A DNA stretch of 63,618 nucleotides, counting the filler, from Octopus bimaculoides (Eukaryota), in the NCBI RefSeq assembly GCF_001194135.2. It is 6 parts of 5 records of this genome, joined end to end, with 100 filler letters (N's around TTAATTAATTAA, not from the genome) between each part and the next. Parts side by side here need not be neighbours in the genome. Positions count along the whole stretch, not along the records: positions 1 to 13,719 come from NC_069008.1; 5 more parts are not named here. One strand, given 5' to 3'. Under the pieces are notes generated by a model. It did no database searches and was not told the DNA's origin. It saw nothing but the letters and a program-made list of their open reading frames with translations. Numbering within the stretch: the first letter of the stretch is position 1; the number at the start of each line of letters is the position of its first letter. A program made the translations under genes and the position numbers. Shown here in pieces: positions 1 through 13,404 of the stretch.

Positions 1-13
1 TATATATGTATAG

Positions 14-51
<38 letters not shown>

Positions 52-54
52 ATG

Positions 55-749
<695 letters not shown>

Positions 750-854
750 TCAAGGTGCCTCCTTTGCAACCGAGCATTTTCTGGTTCAGTCCCTGCAGCA
801 CAATGCCGCCACGGGTGCTGTAGGAGACCCTGCACCAAACCCAGGCCTCGTCAT

Positions 855-1320
855 CATTTAACATCCATTGTCCATGTTGGTATGGGTTGGACAGTTTGAC
901 CAAGGCTGGTAAACTGGAAGGCTGCACCAGGCTCCAGTTCGATTTGGCAGGGTTTTCTATGGCTGGATGCCCTTCCTAATGCCAACCACTCCGAGAGTGT
1001 AATGGATGCTTTTATGTGCCACTAACACGGGTGCCATTTGCAAGACATGAATATATGCTAGCATGGGTCAGTCAAATCGTCCAACCCATGCTAGCATGGA
1101 AAACGGACGTTAAACGATCGTGCAACGTCTGTTGTCTATGCTGGCATGGGTTGGACAGTTTGACTGAGACAGGTAAACTGGAAGGCTGCACCAGGCTCCA
1201 GTCTGATTTGGCAGGGTTTTCTATGGCCGGATGCCTTTCCAAAAGCCAACCATTCCAAGAGTGTAAATGGGTGATATTATGTGCCACTGCCATGGGTGCT
1301 AGTTGCGTGATGTCAGCATC
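855..1320. mobile_element. Cluster of repeat family B copies in mixed orientation
   Basis: CATGCTAGCATGGGTTGGACAGTTTGAC...GGCTGCACCAGGCTCCAG...CTGGATGCCCTTCCTAATGCCAACC at 855-1030(+), 1060-1115(-) and 1135-1320(+). Also near 2520(+), 8810-8945(-), 16015(+), 24415(+), 49455(+) and 51880-51960(-). Confidence 0.75.
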
Positions 1321-2255
1321 TGTGATTTCACTTGCCTTGATGGATCGTCTTCTTCTCAAGCACAGCTGGTTCCCAGATCAGAAAAGCAGCAATGTATTCT
1401 TTATCAAGACAGATAAAACAGCAAGAGATGACGGCAACAATGATGATGACGATGAAGAAGAAAAAGGAGTAGGAGGAGGGAGTAGCAGACACTCGCAGCT
1501 ATTAAGCAATATCATGCAAATATCCAAGCAATGACATACAGGAGTTATTTCCCTTGCCTTGCCTAATCATTCGTTTGGCGGGAGGGGGGGTTGATGTGAA
1601 CAACCTGTTTTTGTTTTTCACTCATATATATTATAATATATATATATATATAAATATATATATATATAATTATGTGTATTTCTTCTATCTTAATGAATAA
1701 AAATTCTTCTGATAGAATAAATGGGTTAATAGAAACCAATGTAGCAAAGAACACAAAANNNNNNNNNNNNNNNNNNNNNNNNNNNNNNNNNNNNNNNNNN
1801 NNNNNNNNNNNNNNNNNNNNNNNNNNNNNNNNNNNNNNNNNNNNNNNNNNNNNNNNNNNNNNNNNNNNNNNNNNNNNNNNNNNNNNNNNNNNNNNNNNNN
1901 NNNNNNNNNNNNNNNNNNNNNNNNNNNNNNNNNNNNNNNNNNNNNNNNNNNNNNNNNNNNNNNNNNNNNNNNNNNNNNNNNNNNNNNNNNNNNNNNNNNN
2001 NNNNNNNNNNNNNNNNNNNNNNNNNNNNNNNNNNNNNNNNNNNNNNNNNNNNNNNNNNNNNNNNNNNNNNNNNNNNNNNNNNNNNNNNNNNNNNNNNNNN
2101 NNNNNNNNNNNNNNNNNNNNNNNNNNNNNNNNNNNNNNNNNNNNNNNNNNNNNNNNNNNNNNNNNNNNNNNNNNNNNNNNNNNNNNNNNNNNNNNNNNNN
2201 NNNNNNNNNNNNNNNNNNNNNNNNNNNNNNNNNNNNNNNNNNNNNNNNNNNCATA

Positions 2256-2290
<35 letters not shown>

Positions 2291-2297
2291 GTATAAG

Positions 2298-2339
<42 letters not shown>

Positions 2340-3006
2340 GAGCTTGTTTCAGTTTCTGTCCACCAAAAACTCCACTCACAAGGCTTTGGTCAGCCCAAGG
2401 CTATAGTAGAAGACACATACCCAAGGTGCCACTGAACCCGGAACCATGTGGTTGGGAAGCAGCACCTAATATTTTCTACACATACACACAAATATCATCA
2501 TCATCATCATCATCATCATCGATTAACATCCGCTTTCCATGCTAGCATGGGTTGGATGATTCAACTGAGGACTGGCGAACCCTTTCCTCTACGGCATGTC
2601 AGTTTTGAAGGAATTCTTGATTCATGAGATTATCTCCTGATCACAATTCCCATTCCTTAATTATGACACAAGTGGAAGAACCTGGTTTAGTGGTGCCGCA
2701 CTAATGATCGTAAGATTGTGGTTTCAATTCCTGGACCAGGTGATGCGTTGAGTCCTTGAACAAGACACTTCATTTCAGCTGGCAAAGGTGAGTATTCCTG
2801 TGACGGACCGGTGTCCCACCTAGCAGGGGAGATATTATGCCATGGAAACTATAAAATGGGCCTAGAAGTCTTATATAACTCAGAAAGGGCCTTCATTCCA
2901 TTTAACGAATCGTAATACATCCTCTCCAGAGGCAGACATATTTTTAAGAAATCAAGAATTTATGTTTTATGCTATTTATACACACACACACACACACACA
3001 CATAAG

Positions 3007-3372
3007 GGTGGCTGTGTGGTAAGTAGCTTGCTTACCAACCAAATGGTTCCGGGTACAGTTCCACTGTGTGGCACCTTGGGCAAGTGTCTTCTACTATAGC
3101 CTCGGGCCGACCAAATCCTTGTGAGTGGATTTGGTTGAAGGAAACTGAAAGAAGCTTGTTGTGTGTGTCTGTGTGTCTTAGTGTCTGTGTTTGTCCCGCA
3201 ACACTGCTTGACAACCGGTGGTGGTGTGTCTACATCCCTGTAACTTAGTGGTTCAGCAAAAGTGAATGATAGACTAAGTACTAGAGTTTTAAAAAATAAA
3301 ACCTAGGGTCGATTTGTTTGACTAAAACCGTCCAAGGTGGTGCCCCAGCAGAGCCGCAGTCAAATCACAGAA
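3007..3372 (+). mobile_element. SINE family A, near full length (tRNA-like head, internal microsatellite)
   Basis: Head GTGGCTGTGTGGTAAGTAGCTTGC...GGTTCCGGG...CACCTTGGGCAAGTGTCTTCTACTATAGC. Other copies lie near 2336-2460(-), 25420-25640(-), 26884-26965(-), 29250-29355(-), 29760-29960(+), 30090-30200(-), 34785-35060(+), 48235-48345(-) and 50800-51013(+). Confidence 0.8.
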
Positions 3373-3462
3373 ACAAGATACACACACACACACACACATT
3401 TCATCCACCTCAGCAACAAATCTATGTCTACAACTGCACCTGTCTGTCTATGTGTGTGTGTG

Positions 3463-3496
<34 letters not shown>

Positions 3497-4624
3497 CATG
3501 TATACACATACATACACATACTCGCTCTCTGATATACACATGGACAGACACGTGATACTGTTAACATAGTAACCAACTCACGTTCATATACAGCCAGCAT
3601 TTTAAAGGCAGAACCTACACACAAGTACATACACACATATATATATTTACATATATATATATATGTGTGTGTGTGTGTACATACACACATGCATGTGCTT
3701 ATACATATATGTAGCTATGGACCTGCCCACACACACTTACATATATTATGTATATATAGATAGATAGATGTGTGAGTGTATGTATGTTTATANNNNNNNN
3801 NNAGTACATACACATATATATATATTTACATATATATATATATGTGTGTGTGTGTGTACATACACACATGCATGTGCTTATACATATATGTAGCTATGGA
3901 CCTGCCCACACACACTTACATATATTATGTATATATAGATAGATAGATGTGTGAGTGTATGTATGTTTATATACACATATATACACACATACACGCATAC
4001 ATATATATATATATATATGTATATATATGCATATATATATACAAACACACACATTACAGCTGCTCAGATATTTTACATGGTGACAAGTCTCAGACAATAC
4101 CACGACGACCACCAACACAAGCAGACGACACCACTAGCAGACTACTACTACTACTAGTAGTAGTAGTAGTAGTAGTAGTATGACTTGCAGACAAATCCAT
4201 CTTCATCACAACTTAACAGTTGCAGTAATATAGTTCTAGATACACAAAAGAAAATCTGCACACAAGGCAGGGTGGCCACATGTGGAACATCTGATCCACA
4301 AGTCCGTTAGTTCAAAGCTGGCCTAAGACTAAACCATATTCAAATCAAAGACATTCGATAACGTAGTCCTAAGTACAGAAAACCTGAACTAAAGACGAGA
4401 TGGTCAAGGCTGGACTGCCTCTGATTAATGGTCTGCTGGTCGAGATCATGGACTCTCCTGTCGTAGACAACAGATGAGGATTCCACAATATCTTGTTGAA
4501 CAGCCTGTACGGGTGGTTGGATTATACAGTGGTTCTCAACCATTTAGGGATACACTTTGGTTTCTAGTTTGCTCTACTGGACCAGCATGACCACTCGATG
4601 TATATAAAAGAAATTTTGCTGGTT

Positions 4625-4965
4625 TTGTAGGGTAAAAGGGTGAAGACCCCTTCGGTCATGAAGGGCCATGGGATTGCACCTAGAAGGTTCCTTTCCGAGG
4701 CACAAGTCTCGGCAAGGAAGACCAGTAATCGCCCATGCATACCAGCCTCCCCCTCTCCACACCATTACATGTACATAGGGTAAAGGGTAAAGACCCCCTT
4801 CGGTCAAGGATGACCATGGGATTGCACCTAGAAAGTTCCCTTCTAAGGTACAAGTCCAGGCAAGGTTATTCATGGAAGACCAGCAGTTGCCCATGCATAC
4901 CAGCCTCCCTTCTCCGTGCCATCAATGTTGTCCAAGGGGCCGATACAGCTTGGCACCAGTGACAC
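4625..4965 (+). mobile_element. Two tandem copies of repeat family C (resembles an RTE 5' UTR)
   Basis: GGGTAAAGACCCCCTTCGGTCA...GGGATTGCACCTAGAA...CCCATGCATACCAGCCTCCC occurs twice here, with a third copy at 24690-24845. The RTE assignment is from recall and unverified. Confidence 0.6.
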
Positions 4966-5172
4966 CAGGATTACTCAGCCACTTGCACATTAATTTCACG
5001 AGCAGGCTGTTCCGTTGATCGGACCAATTGGAACCCTCGTCGTCATAACCGACAGAGTTCCAGTTAACACCCTAAGCACTAGACCATGTGCCCTCGTGGT
5101 TTTAGAGCTAAGCTGGGGCCAAACAATACCAACAGACAAACAGACAGACAAATATGTAATAAGCAGCCTTAC

Positions 5173-5205
5173 CTATAGGGGGACTTGGAGACAAATCAAC
5201 GCCAT
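5173..5205 (-). CDS. Smad2/3: Smad2/3 linker microexon (33 nt, SP sites)
   Basis: Encodes (D)GVDLSPSPPI. Strong acceptor tttcttcctctttcctacag, donor G|GTAAGG. Phase 1-1. It fills the position of the SP-rich exon that precedes MH2 in SMAD2/3. Confidence 0.85.
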   Translation of the reverse strand: MALICLQVPL

Positions 5206-7849
5206 CTGTAGGAAAGAGGAAGAAACAGTTTGTCAGTTTGTAATAATAATAAAGACCAGACTGGATAAATACATGATATTAAGTATTGCTGAGGTCAGTT
5301 TTCAATGGAAGGGAGAACCANNNNNNNNNNNNNNNNNNNNNNNNNNNNNNNNNNNNNNNNNNNNNNNNNNNNNNNNNNNNNNNNNNNNNNNNNNNNNNNN
5401 NNNNNNNNNNNNNNNNNNNNNNNNNNNNNNNNNNNNNNNNNNNNNNNNNNNNNNNNNNNNNNNNNNNNNNNNNNNNNNNNNNNNNNNNNNNNNNNNNNNN
5501 NNNNNNNNNNNNNNNNNNNNNNNNNNNNNNNNNNNNNNNNNNNNNNNNNNNNNNNNNNNNNNNNNNNNNNNNNNNNNNNNNNNNNNNNNNNNNNNNNNNN
5601 NNNNNNNNNNNNNNNNNNNNNNNNNNNNNNNNNNNNNNNNNNNNNNNNNNNNNNNNNNNNNNNNNNNNNNNNNNNNNNNNNNNNNNNNNNNNNNNNNNNN
5701 NNNNNNNNNNNNNNNNNNNNNNNNNNNNNNNNNNNNNNNNNNNNNNNNNNNNNNNNNNNNNNNNNNNNNNNNNNNNNNNNNNNNNNNNNNNNNNNNNNNN
5801 NNNNNNNNNNNNNNNNNNNNNNNNNNNNNNNNNNNNNNNNNNNNNNNNNNNNNNNNNNNNNNNNNNNNNNNNNNNNNNNNNNNNNNNNNNNNNNNNNNNN
5901 NNNNNNNNNNNNNNNNNNNNNNNNNNNNNNNNNNNNNNNNNNNNNNNNNNNNNNNNNNNNNNNNNNNNNNNNNNNNNNNNNNNNNNNNNNNNNNNNNNNN
6001 NNNNNNNNNNNNNNNNNNNNNNNNNNNNNNNNNNNNNNNNNNNNNNNNNNNNNNNNNNNNNNNNNNNNNNNNNNNNNNNNNNNNNNNNNNNNNNNNNNNN
6101 NNNNNNNNNNNNNNNNNNNNNNNNNNNNNNNNNNNNNNNNNNNNNNNNNNNNNNNNNNNNNNNNNNNNNNNNNNNNNNNNNNNNNNNNNNNNNNNNNNNN
6201 NNNNNNNNNNNNNNNNNNNNNNNNNNNNNNNNNNNNNATTCAAAGGGTCAGCCTTGTCACACTGTGTCACGCTGAATATCCCCGAGAACTACGTTAAGGG
6301 TACACGTGTCTGTGGAGTGCTCAGCCACTTGCACGTTAATTTCACCAACTGGAACCCTCGACGTCGTAAGTGACGGAGTGCCAACAACATATATATATAT
6401 ATGCATATATGGGTACGGACATCACCAACTGTGTATACAACATGAAATACATAAACAAATGAGTTAATTACACAAACAAGGAGAGAAAAAAAATGGAAAA
6501 CAGGGCAAGTAACATAAAGAACGACCCTTCATCAGTTATCAGTCTGTCTGTCTACTTCTCATTTCGAGCATTGAACGACAATATGCGTCTTCAAAGATAG
6601 TTGCTCCCATAAGTTCTAAAATAAAATTTAGGATTTATGGAGGGTCAAAGTTCGGAACAAAAACAACACAGTGGAGACATACAAGGAAACTGAACGAAAA
6701 CAAACAAGGAGGGTCATTAGACCAGAACGAGAGGAAAATAGTGAATGCTGGGAGAAATATCTTCTTTGAAAAGACAAAAGATATAAATATATATATATAT
6801 ATACATGCATATTTACACACAGAAACATATATGTACACACATAAATATATTTAAATATACACACACACACACACACACACANNNNNNNNNNNNNNNNNNN
6901 NNNNNNNNNNNNNNNNNNNNNNNNNNNNNNNNNNNNNNNNNNNNNNNNNNNNNNNNNNNNNNNNNNNNNNNNNNNNNNNNNNNNNNNNNNNNNNNNNNNN
7001 NNNNNNNNNNNNNNNNNNNNNNNNNNNNNNNNNNNNNNNNNNNNNNNNNNNNNNNNNNNNNNNNNNNNNNNNNNNNNNNNNNNNNNNNNNNNNNNNNNNN
7101 NNNNNNNNNNNNNNNNNNNNNNNNNNNNNNNNNNNNNNNNNNNNNNNNNNNNNNNNNNNNNNNNNNNNNNNNNNNNNNNNNNNNNNNNNNNNNNNNNNNN
7201 NNNNNNNNNNNNNNNNNNNNNNNNNNNNNNNNNNNNNNNNNNNNNNNNNNNNNNNNNNNNNNNNNNNNNNNNNNNNNNNNNNNNNNNNNNNNNNNNNNNN
7301 NNNNNNNNNNNNNNNNNNNNNNNNNNNNNNNNNNNNNNNNNNNNNNNNNNNNNNNNNNNNNNNNNNNNNNNNNNNNNNNNNNNNNNNNNNNNNNNNNNNN
7401 NNNNNNNNNNNNNNNNNNNNNNNNNNNNNNNNNNNNNNNNNNNNNNNNNNNNNNNNNNNNNNNNNNNNNNNNNNNNNNNNNNNNNNNNNNNNNNNNNNNN
7501 NNNNNNNNNNNNNNNNNNNNNNNNNNNNNNNNNNNNNNNNNNNNNNNNNNNNNNNNNNNNNNNNNNNNNNNNNNNNNNNNNNNNNNNNNNNNNNNNNNNN
7601 NNNNNNNNNNNNNNNNNNNNNNNNNNNNNNNNNNNNNNNNNNNNNNNNNNNNNNNNCCCCCCCCCGCCTCCCCAACCAACCAACATACCAATCTTGCCGT
7701 TGGTCAACCTAACCAGCCATTCCGCTATCAAAACAGTTGGTATCAGCTGGCTTGCTCGTTTAGCAGGCAATTAAAACATTCTACAGACAATCGCACCTGC
7801 CCACCGAAGAAAATTTTTCACTCTTCACAATGTTATGGCGTCTGTGAGT

Positions 7850-8520
7850 TTAACCATTCACCATTTACCATTTTAAATGGCTGCATTATGCCAAAATATT
7901 CTACCTGTCTTATGTCCAGACAGGCCAGATCCAATCTCTTACACCTACCCTACAATGTCGTTATAAAAATAAACAATCACATTATGGAAATCTCAAAGCT
8001 ATAATCCAGGATTAATTCAAAACAATGTAAATAAATAAGCATTGCATTGGACAGGGTAACATGAATGCTAAAGGGTTAAAATAGGGACCACATTAACTAG
8101 TGAGGGAGCTTGTTTAGTCACATGACCTTATACAACGTAACAGCCAAATCTCCCCTCAACAAATTCCCTACTCTCTTTAACCCTTTAACATGTAAACCAG
8201 CCATATTGGGCCCAAATATTTTGCTTCATGTTCAAACAGGCCAAATCCAGCCTCTCACACCTACCCTACAATGCCATTCTAAAATTGAACAATCACATCA
8301 TTGAAATCTCAAAACAATGAATAAATAAAGATTACATTTGACAAGGTAATCTGAATGGTAAAGGGTTAAAATAGGGACCACATGAACCAATGAGGGAGCT
8401 ACTATGTAGTTACTTGACCTTACACAATGTAACAGCCAAATCTCCCACCAACAAACTCCCTACTCTCTTTAACCCTTTAACATGTAAACCAGTCATATCT
8501 GGCCCCAACGATCTCCTTGC
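7850..8520. mobile_element. Tandem TTAA-flanked piggyBac-like MITEs (7854-8075, 8181-8365, partial from 8473) in an about 290-bp repeat unit
   Basis: TTAA|CCCTTTAACAT...ATGGTAAAGGG|TTAA at 8177-8369. The first copy ends AATGCTAAAGGG|TTAA. The about 100-nt spacer AATAGGGACCAC...CCCTACTCTCT is also duplicated. Confidence 0.78.
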
Positions 8521-8645
8521 TTTGTATTCAAACTGGCCAAACTGTCCAGATCTCACTCAAAACTCCCTCACTCACACTCAACACTCCCTCACTCACTCAA
8601 CACTCCCTCACTCTCACTCATCCGAGTGTTACAGGTCATACTTAC

Positions 8646-8705
8646 CCATTCCTTGGTTGTCTGTAGTGTCACCATCCTCACTAATGTAGCCCGGAGGTGG
8701 AGTTT
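8646..8705 (-). CDS. Smad2/3: Smad2/3 linker exon 2 (TP phospho-site plus PPGY PY motif); not in the ORF track
   Basis: Encodes (E)TPPPGYISEDGDTTDNQGM. Acceptor ttttctacttttag, donor G|GTAAGT. 60 nt, phase 1-1. Confidence 0.95.
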
Positions 8706-9716
8706 CTAAAAGTAGAAAAAAAAAAAAAAAGAATTGTTAACCCTTTTGTTACCAACCTGGCTCCCAGCTGGCCGGAAAATTTCTGTGCCAGTGCTCCCTG
8801 ACTGGCTCCTGTACCAGTGGCATGTGAAAACCACCCACTGCACTGTCAGAGCGGTTGGCATTAGGAAGGGAATCCAGCTGTAGAAACATCGCCAGGTCAG
8901 ATTGGAGCCTCCTGGTTTGCCAGTCCTCAGTCAAACCATCCAACCTAGCTGAAGCTACCCAACTGAACCCATTGATACTTAAATATGAATTTCAGCACAA
9001 ATCTCGTTATTACATTCGTTAAAACACTTGATTTCTCTTTGTAAATAGTCGAGTTACAATATCCGACATTGTTTGATGCAATATCTGAGCTGTGCGAATT
9101 TTGGGAGATTTTTTCCCACATTTTTTTCTTTTGGCTACAGCAAATATTCTGCTCAATACCACAATGTCTTGAGACAGTACCAGGCAGTGGCTCTCATGGC
9201 TTCTGATCTTAACTGATTGGAAGTGTTATCATGTACATTGTTTTTGTCTTGGTATAAAAGATGGCCTACAGCAAATATTCTGCTCAATACCACAATGTCT
9301 TGAGACAGTACCAGGCAGTGGCTCTCATGGNNNNNNNNNNNNNNNNNNNNNNNNNNNNNNNNNNNNNNNNNNNNNNNNNNNNNNNNNNNNNNNNNNNNNN
9401 NNNNNNNNNNNNNNNNNNNNNNNNNNNNNNNNNNNNNNNNNNNNNNNNNNNNNNNNNNNNNNNNNNNNNNNNNNNNNNNNNNNNNNNNNNNNNNNNNNNN
9501 NNNNNNNNNNNNNNNNNNNNNNNNNNNNNNNNNNNNNNNNNNNNNNNNNNNNNNNNNNNCTGTTTATCTTGATATGAGATCACCATATCGCACACATATG
9601 GTTGTGATGCATGTGCCTGGTGTACCCTTATCAGACGGGTAGTCATGATGGGTATACTGGGCTTCGTATATTTGTACCCCAGTGTCACTTTGATGGCATG
9701 CACTGCTCTCTCACTC

Positions 9717-9757
<41 letters not shown>

Positions 9758-9793
9758 TAATAATAATAATAATAATGAGCAGAATACACAAAC

Positions 9794-9937
9794 CTGGTAT
9801 ATTGAATGTATTTTCATCAACTCCAGCCGGGAAGTCTGTGTTTGGTACTGTTGTTGCATAGTCAGTCAGTGGCGGGAAGTTCTCCCTGGCGGGAATCTCA
9901 TTGGGTTGGTGTCGAGGTACCAGAACCGGAGGAAGGA
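9794..9937 (-). CDS. Smad2/3: Smad2/3 linker exon 1
   Basis: Encodes (V)[47 protein letters not shown]. Acceptor atttcag, donor G|GTTTGT. 144 nt, phase 1-1, in frame with both neighbours. Confidence 0.95.
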
Positions 9938-10783
9938 CTGAAATAGTTGTGGACACAGTGAGAAAACGTGTGTGAGGACAAGAATGGTGGTGGTGGTGGT
10001 GGTGGTGGTAGTAGTGGCAATGGTTGTGGTGGTGGTGGTAGTAGTGTGGTGATGATGGTGATGGCAGTGGTGGTAGCAATGATAGTGCTGGTGGCAACGN
10101 NNNNNNNNNNNNNNNNNNNNNNNNNNNNNNNNNNNNNNNNNNNNNNNNNNNNNNNNNNNNNNNNNNNNNNNNNNNNNNNNNNNNNNNNNNNNNNNNNNNN
10201 NNNNNNNNNNNNNNNNNNNNNNNNNNNNNNNNNNNNNNNNNNNNNNNNNNNNNNNNNNNNNNNNNNNNNNNNNNNNNNNNNNNNNNNNNNNNNNNNNNNN
10301 NNNNNNNNNNNNNNNNNNNNNNNNNNNNNNNNNNNNNNNNNNNNNNNNNNNNNNNNNNNNNNNNNNNNNNNNNNNNNNNNNNGGTGGTGGTGGTGGATGG
10401 TGGTGGTGGTGGATGGTGGTGGTGTTGGTGGTGGTGGTGGTGTTAGTGGTAGCAATGGTTGTTGTAGTGGTGGTAGCGTTGTTTATGGTGGTAATAATGA
10501 TAGTGATAGTCCTCATCATCGTCATTGTCGTGGTGATGGAGGTAGTGTTGGTAGTAATGGCTGGCCGAGAAGAGGAACAGAGTTTAAAGGTAAGTGGGAG
10601 GAGAACGTGACATAGAAAGATGCAACTAGGTGGTGGTGGTGGTGAGAGGACTGTGAGAAAGAGAGACAGACAGATAGAGAGTATGAAGGAGAGAGAAGAG
10701 AATGTGTGAGAGAGAGAGAGAAGTGTGTGAGAAAAGAGAAAGCAACACTGATTGAAACAAGTAAACAAGCAAAAGGGTTTCTA

Positions 10784-11086
<303 letters not shown>

Positions 11087-11654
11087 CTAACAAAATATGC
11101 TGATCAAAATATGCTGGACATGGTTGCGCGGTTGAGAAGTTTGCTGCCTAACCACGTGGGTTCCAGGTTCAGTCCCACTGTATGGCACACCCTGAGCAAA
11201 ATCATCAATGTTTAACAGGGGTTGGTCAGGCAGAAGTCTGCACCAGATGTCTGTGACTGTTTCGGCAGGGTTTTTACGGCTGGATGCCCTTTCTAACACC
11301 AACCCAGGAGAATGAAGCAGCTAGACTGCACCGGACTTGTGTGTCTGTTTTGGCAGTATATCCATATACTTTGACTTCTAAGTCTGTACCTGTGTAATTG
11401 ATAAGTTTATAAAGCTAGGAATTTTTTAGTGGTATTGTTTGGCTAAACTGACCACTCATCACAACGATATCAAATTACAACCTTAATCTAGATTTCAACG
11501 AGTGGTCCAGCTAAGATATTATCTATGACCACTACAATTTCATCCAAGCCATCATCCTGTTCTCAACTCTATAGTATTATATCTCTTCTTCTACTTTGTA
11601 TTTTTATTTCTTTTGTTACTTTATTCCAGTTTTGCTAAATCTTATTTACTCTTT

Positions 11655-12053
11655 CACTCTTTTACTTGTTTCAGTCATTTGACTGTGGCCATGCTGGAGC
11701 ACCGCCTTTAGTTGAATCAGATCGACCCCAGGACTTATTCTTTGTAAGCCTAGTACTTATTCTATCGGTCTCTTTATGCCGAACCGCTACAGGGACGTAA
11801 ACACACCAGCATCGGTTGTCAAGCGATGTTAGGGAGGACAAACACAGACACACAAACATATACACACACANNNNNNNNNNTATATATACATATATACGAC
11901 GGGCTTCTTTCAGTTTCCGTCTACCAAATCCACTCACAAGGCTTTGGTCAGCCCGAGGCTATAGTAGAAGACACTTGCCCAAGGTGCCACACATTGGGAC
12001 TGAACCCGAGACCATGTAGTTGGTAAGCAAGCTACTTACCACACAGCCACTCC
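11655..12053 (-). mobile_element. SINE family A, near full length
   Basis: Reverse complement of 3007-3372 with few mismatches in the head region. Confidence 0.82.
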
Positions 12054-12380
12054 TGCACATATTTATATATGTATCTAACTTTATTATCCTTATTTTTACT
12101 TTTATTTTAACTTCTATTACTTTTATTTTTTACTTTTCACTTTATTTTTTACCTTTTATCCTCTCTTTCTATCTTATACACGCTAGTTAAATATAAACTC
12201 AATCCAATCTATATAACATTCACTCTGTGCTGAATTGTGGTACAGTATGGGCAGATTTCGAAATCCAACGAACCCTTATGCAGATATACCTTTTCAAAGG
12301 GACAAACCTATTATAATGGGTAATACTAAGTGTACTTTTTCTTTTTCTTCTATGATGTAATCTTTGGACTAACAATGTTT

Positions 12381-12477
12381 GAGGCTGAGGAGAGCTTTAC
12401 ACCATCTTTTATATCAACAATATACCTATACTGATGTAATGACAGATTGTTTATAAAGCTTGAAACACGTGTACCGC
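12381..12477 (+). ncRNA. Minimal type I hammerhead ribozyme fold (Penelope/retrozyme type)
   Basis: Core CTGAGGA 12385-12391. Stem II GAGCTTTA/TAAAGCTT with a G.U closing pair. GAAA 12462-12465. Stem III is the palindrome ACACGTGT. Predicted cleavage after GUA (12473). Stem I GAGG/CCGC with one mismatch. Confidence 0.75.
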
Positions 12478-12779
12478 GATATCCTTTGAGAAGATAATCT
12501 GGATGCTAAAGGGACAGACTTCAACAAATCGTCTCTCGCCTTTAGAATGGAAATCTCATGAACCAATGAGGGAGGTTTTTATGCGCCTGCTTGACCTGCT
12601 CAAGATAACAGCCTAATCAGCCCCTCTCTACAAACTACTGTCTTGTAGTATAGGGGAGATATATTTAAAATCCTAAGGGGATGGTTAACTGTGTGAAAGA
12701 GTTTGTAGTTGTTATGGTAACGACATTAATACAAAGGACAGCAACAAAAGAACGATAATGACAACATAACAAGGACAAC

Positions 12780-13050
12780 GACAGCAACAACACTCGTGAC
12801 ACTAACAACAGGAACAACATCTACAGTAACAACACAACGACAGCTACAACAACATCAATAACAAAAAATAACATTTACAGTAACACGACAGATACAACAA
12901 CATCCATAATCACAAAAAATAACATTTACAGTAACACAACGACAGCTACATCAATAATAACAAAAAATAACATTTACAGTAACACAACGACAGCTACAAC
13001 AACTACAACAACACCCACAATAACAAAAAATAACACAAGTCACAACACCA
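12780..13050. repeat. AC-rich minisatellite, about 50-nt unit (AACATTTACAGTAACACAACGACAGCTACAAC...), 3-4 copies
   Basis: Direct repeats of ACAAAAAATAACATTTACAGTAACAC. Confidence 0.7.
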
Positions 13051-13404
13051 ACAGTAACCATAAAAGGAATCAAAATTTCTGTGATTCTTTAACAAAGCCA
13101 TTAAAAATGGTCAGTCTTCAAGTGTGGCATTTCTTGGGCCACCAACAGAAGCCGTCGGAGACTGGCACCTGACCTTCGTAATCAATGAACCTTTTTGTCG
13201 ATTCTAAGTGGAATTGAAAGATGTTTTTTTTTTTTACTATATTTCACGGTGTGAAGCTGTGGCTTTAATGCAGGATGACTTCTTCAAACATCATGGTTTC
13301 ATGTTGTTGCGAGTTCGTAATAAACCAACCAACATCACGTGTGAAGGTGCATGGCTGAGTGGTTAGGGTATTTAGCACATGAGTGTGAAGTCGTGAGTTC
13401 ATAT

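Noticed and set aside
3625-3970. Apparent 170-bp tandem duplication
   Set aside because: The copies look identical and are separated by a 10-N gap; a probable contig-overlap artefact. The near-duplicate at 9132-9330 before a gap is similarly suspect.
4340-4543. ORF considered as the missing linker exon
   Set aside because: No SMAD similarity and weak splice signals; the 5173-5205 microexon fits better.
4625-4965. HDV-like ribozyme in the RTE-like 5' repeat
   Set aside because: I could not assemble a consistent double pseudoknot by eye; it needs a structure-based search.
12780-13050. Repeat array as CRISPR-like
   Set aside because: Animal DNA, no unique spacers and no cas genes; a simple minisatellite.
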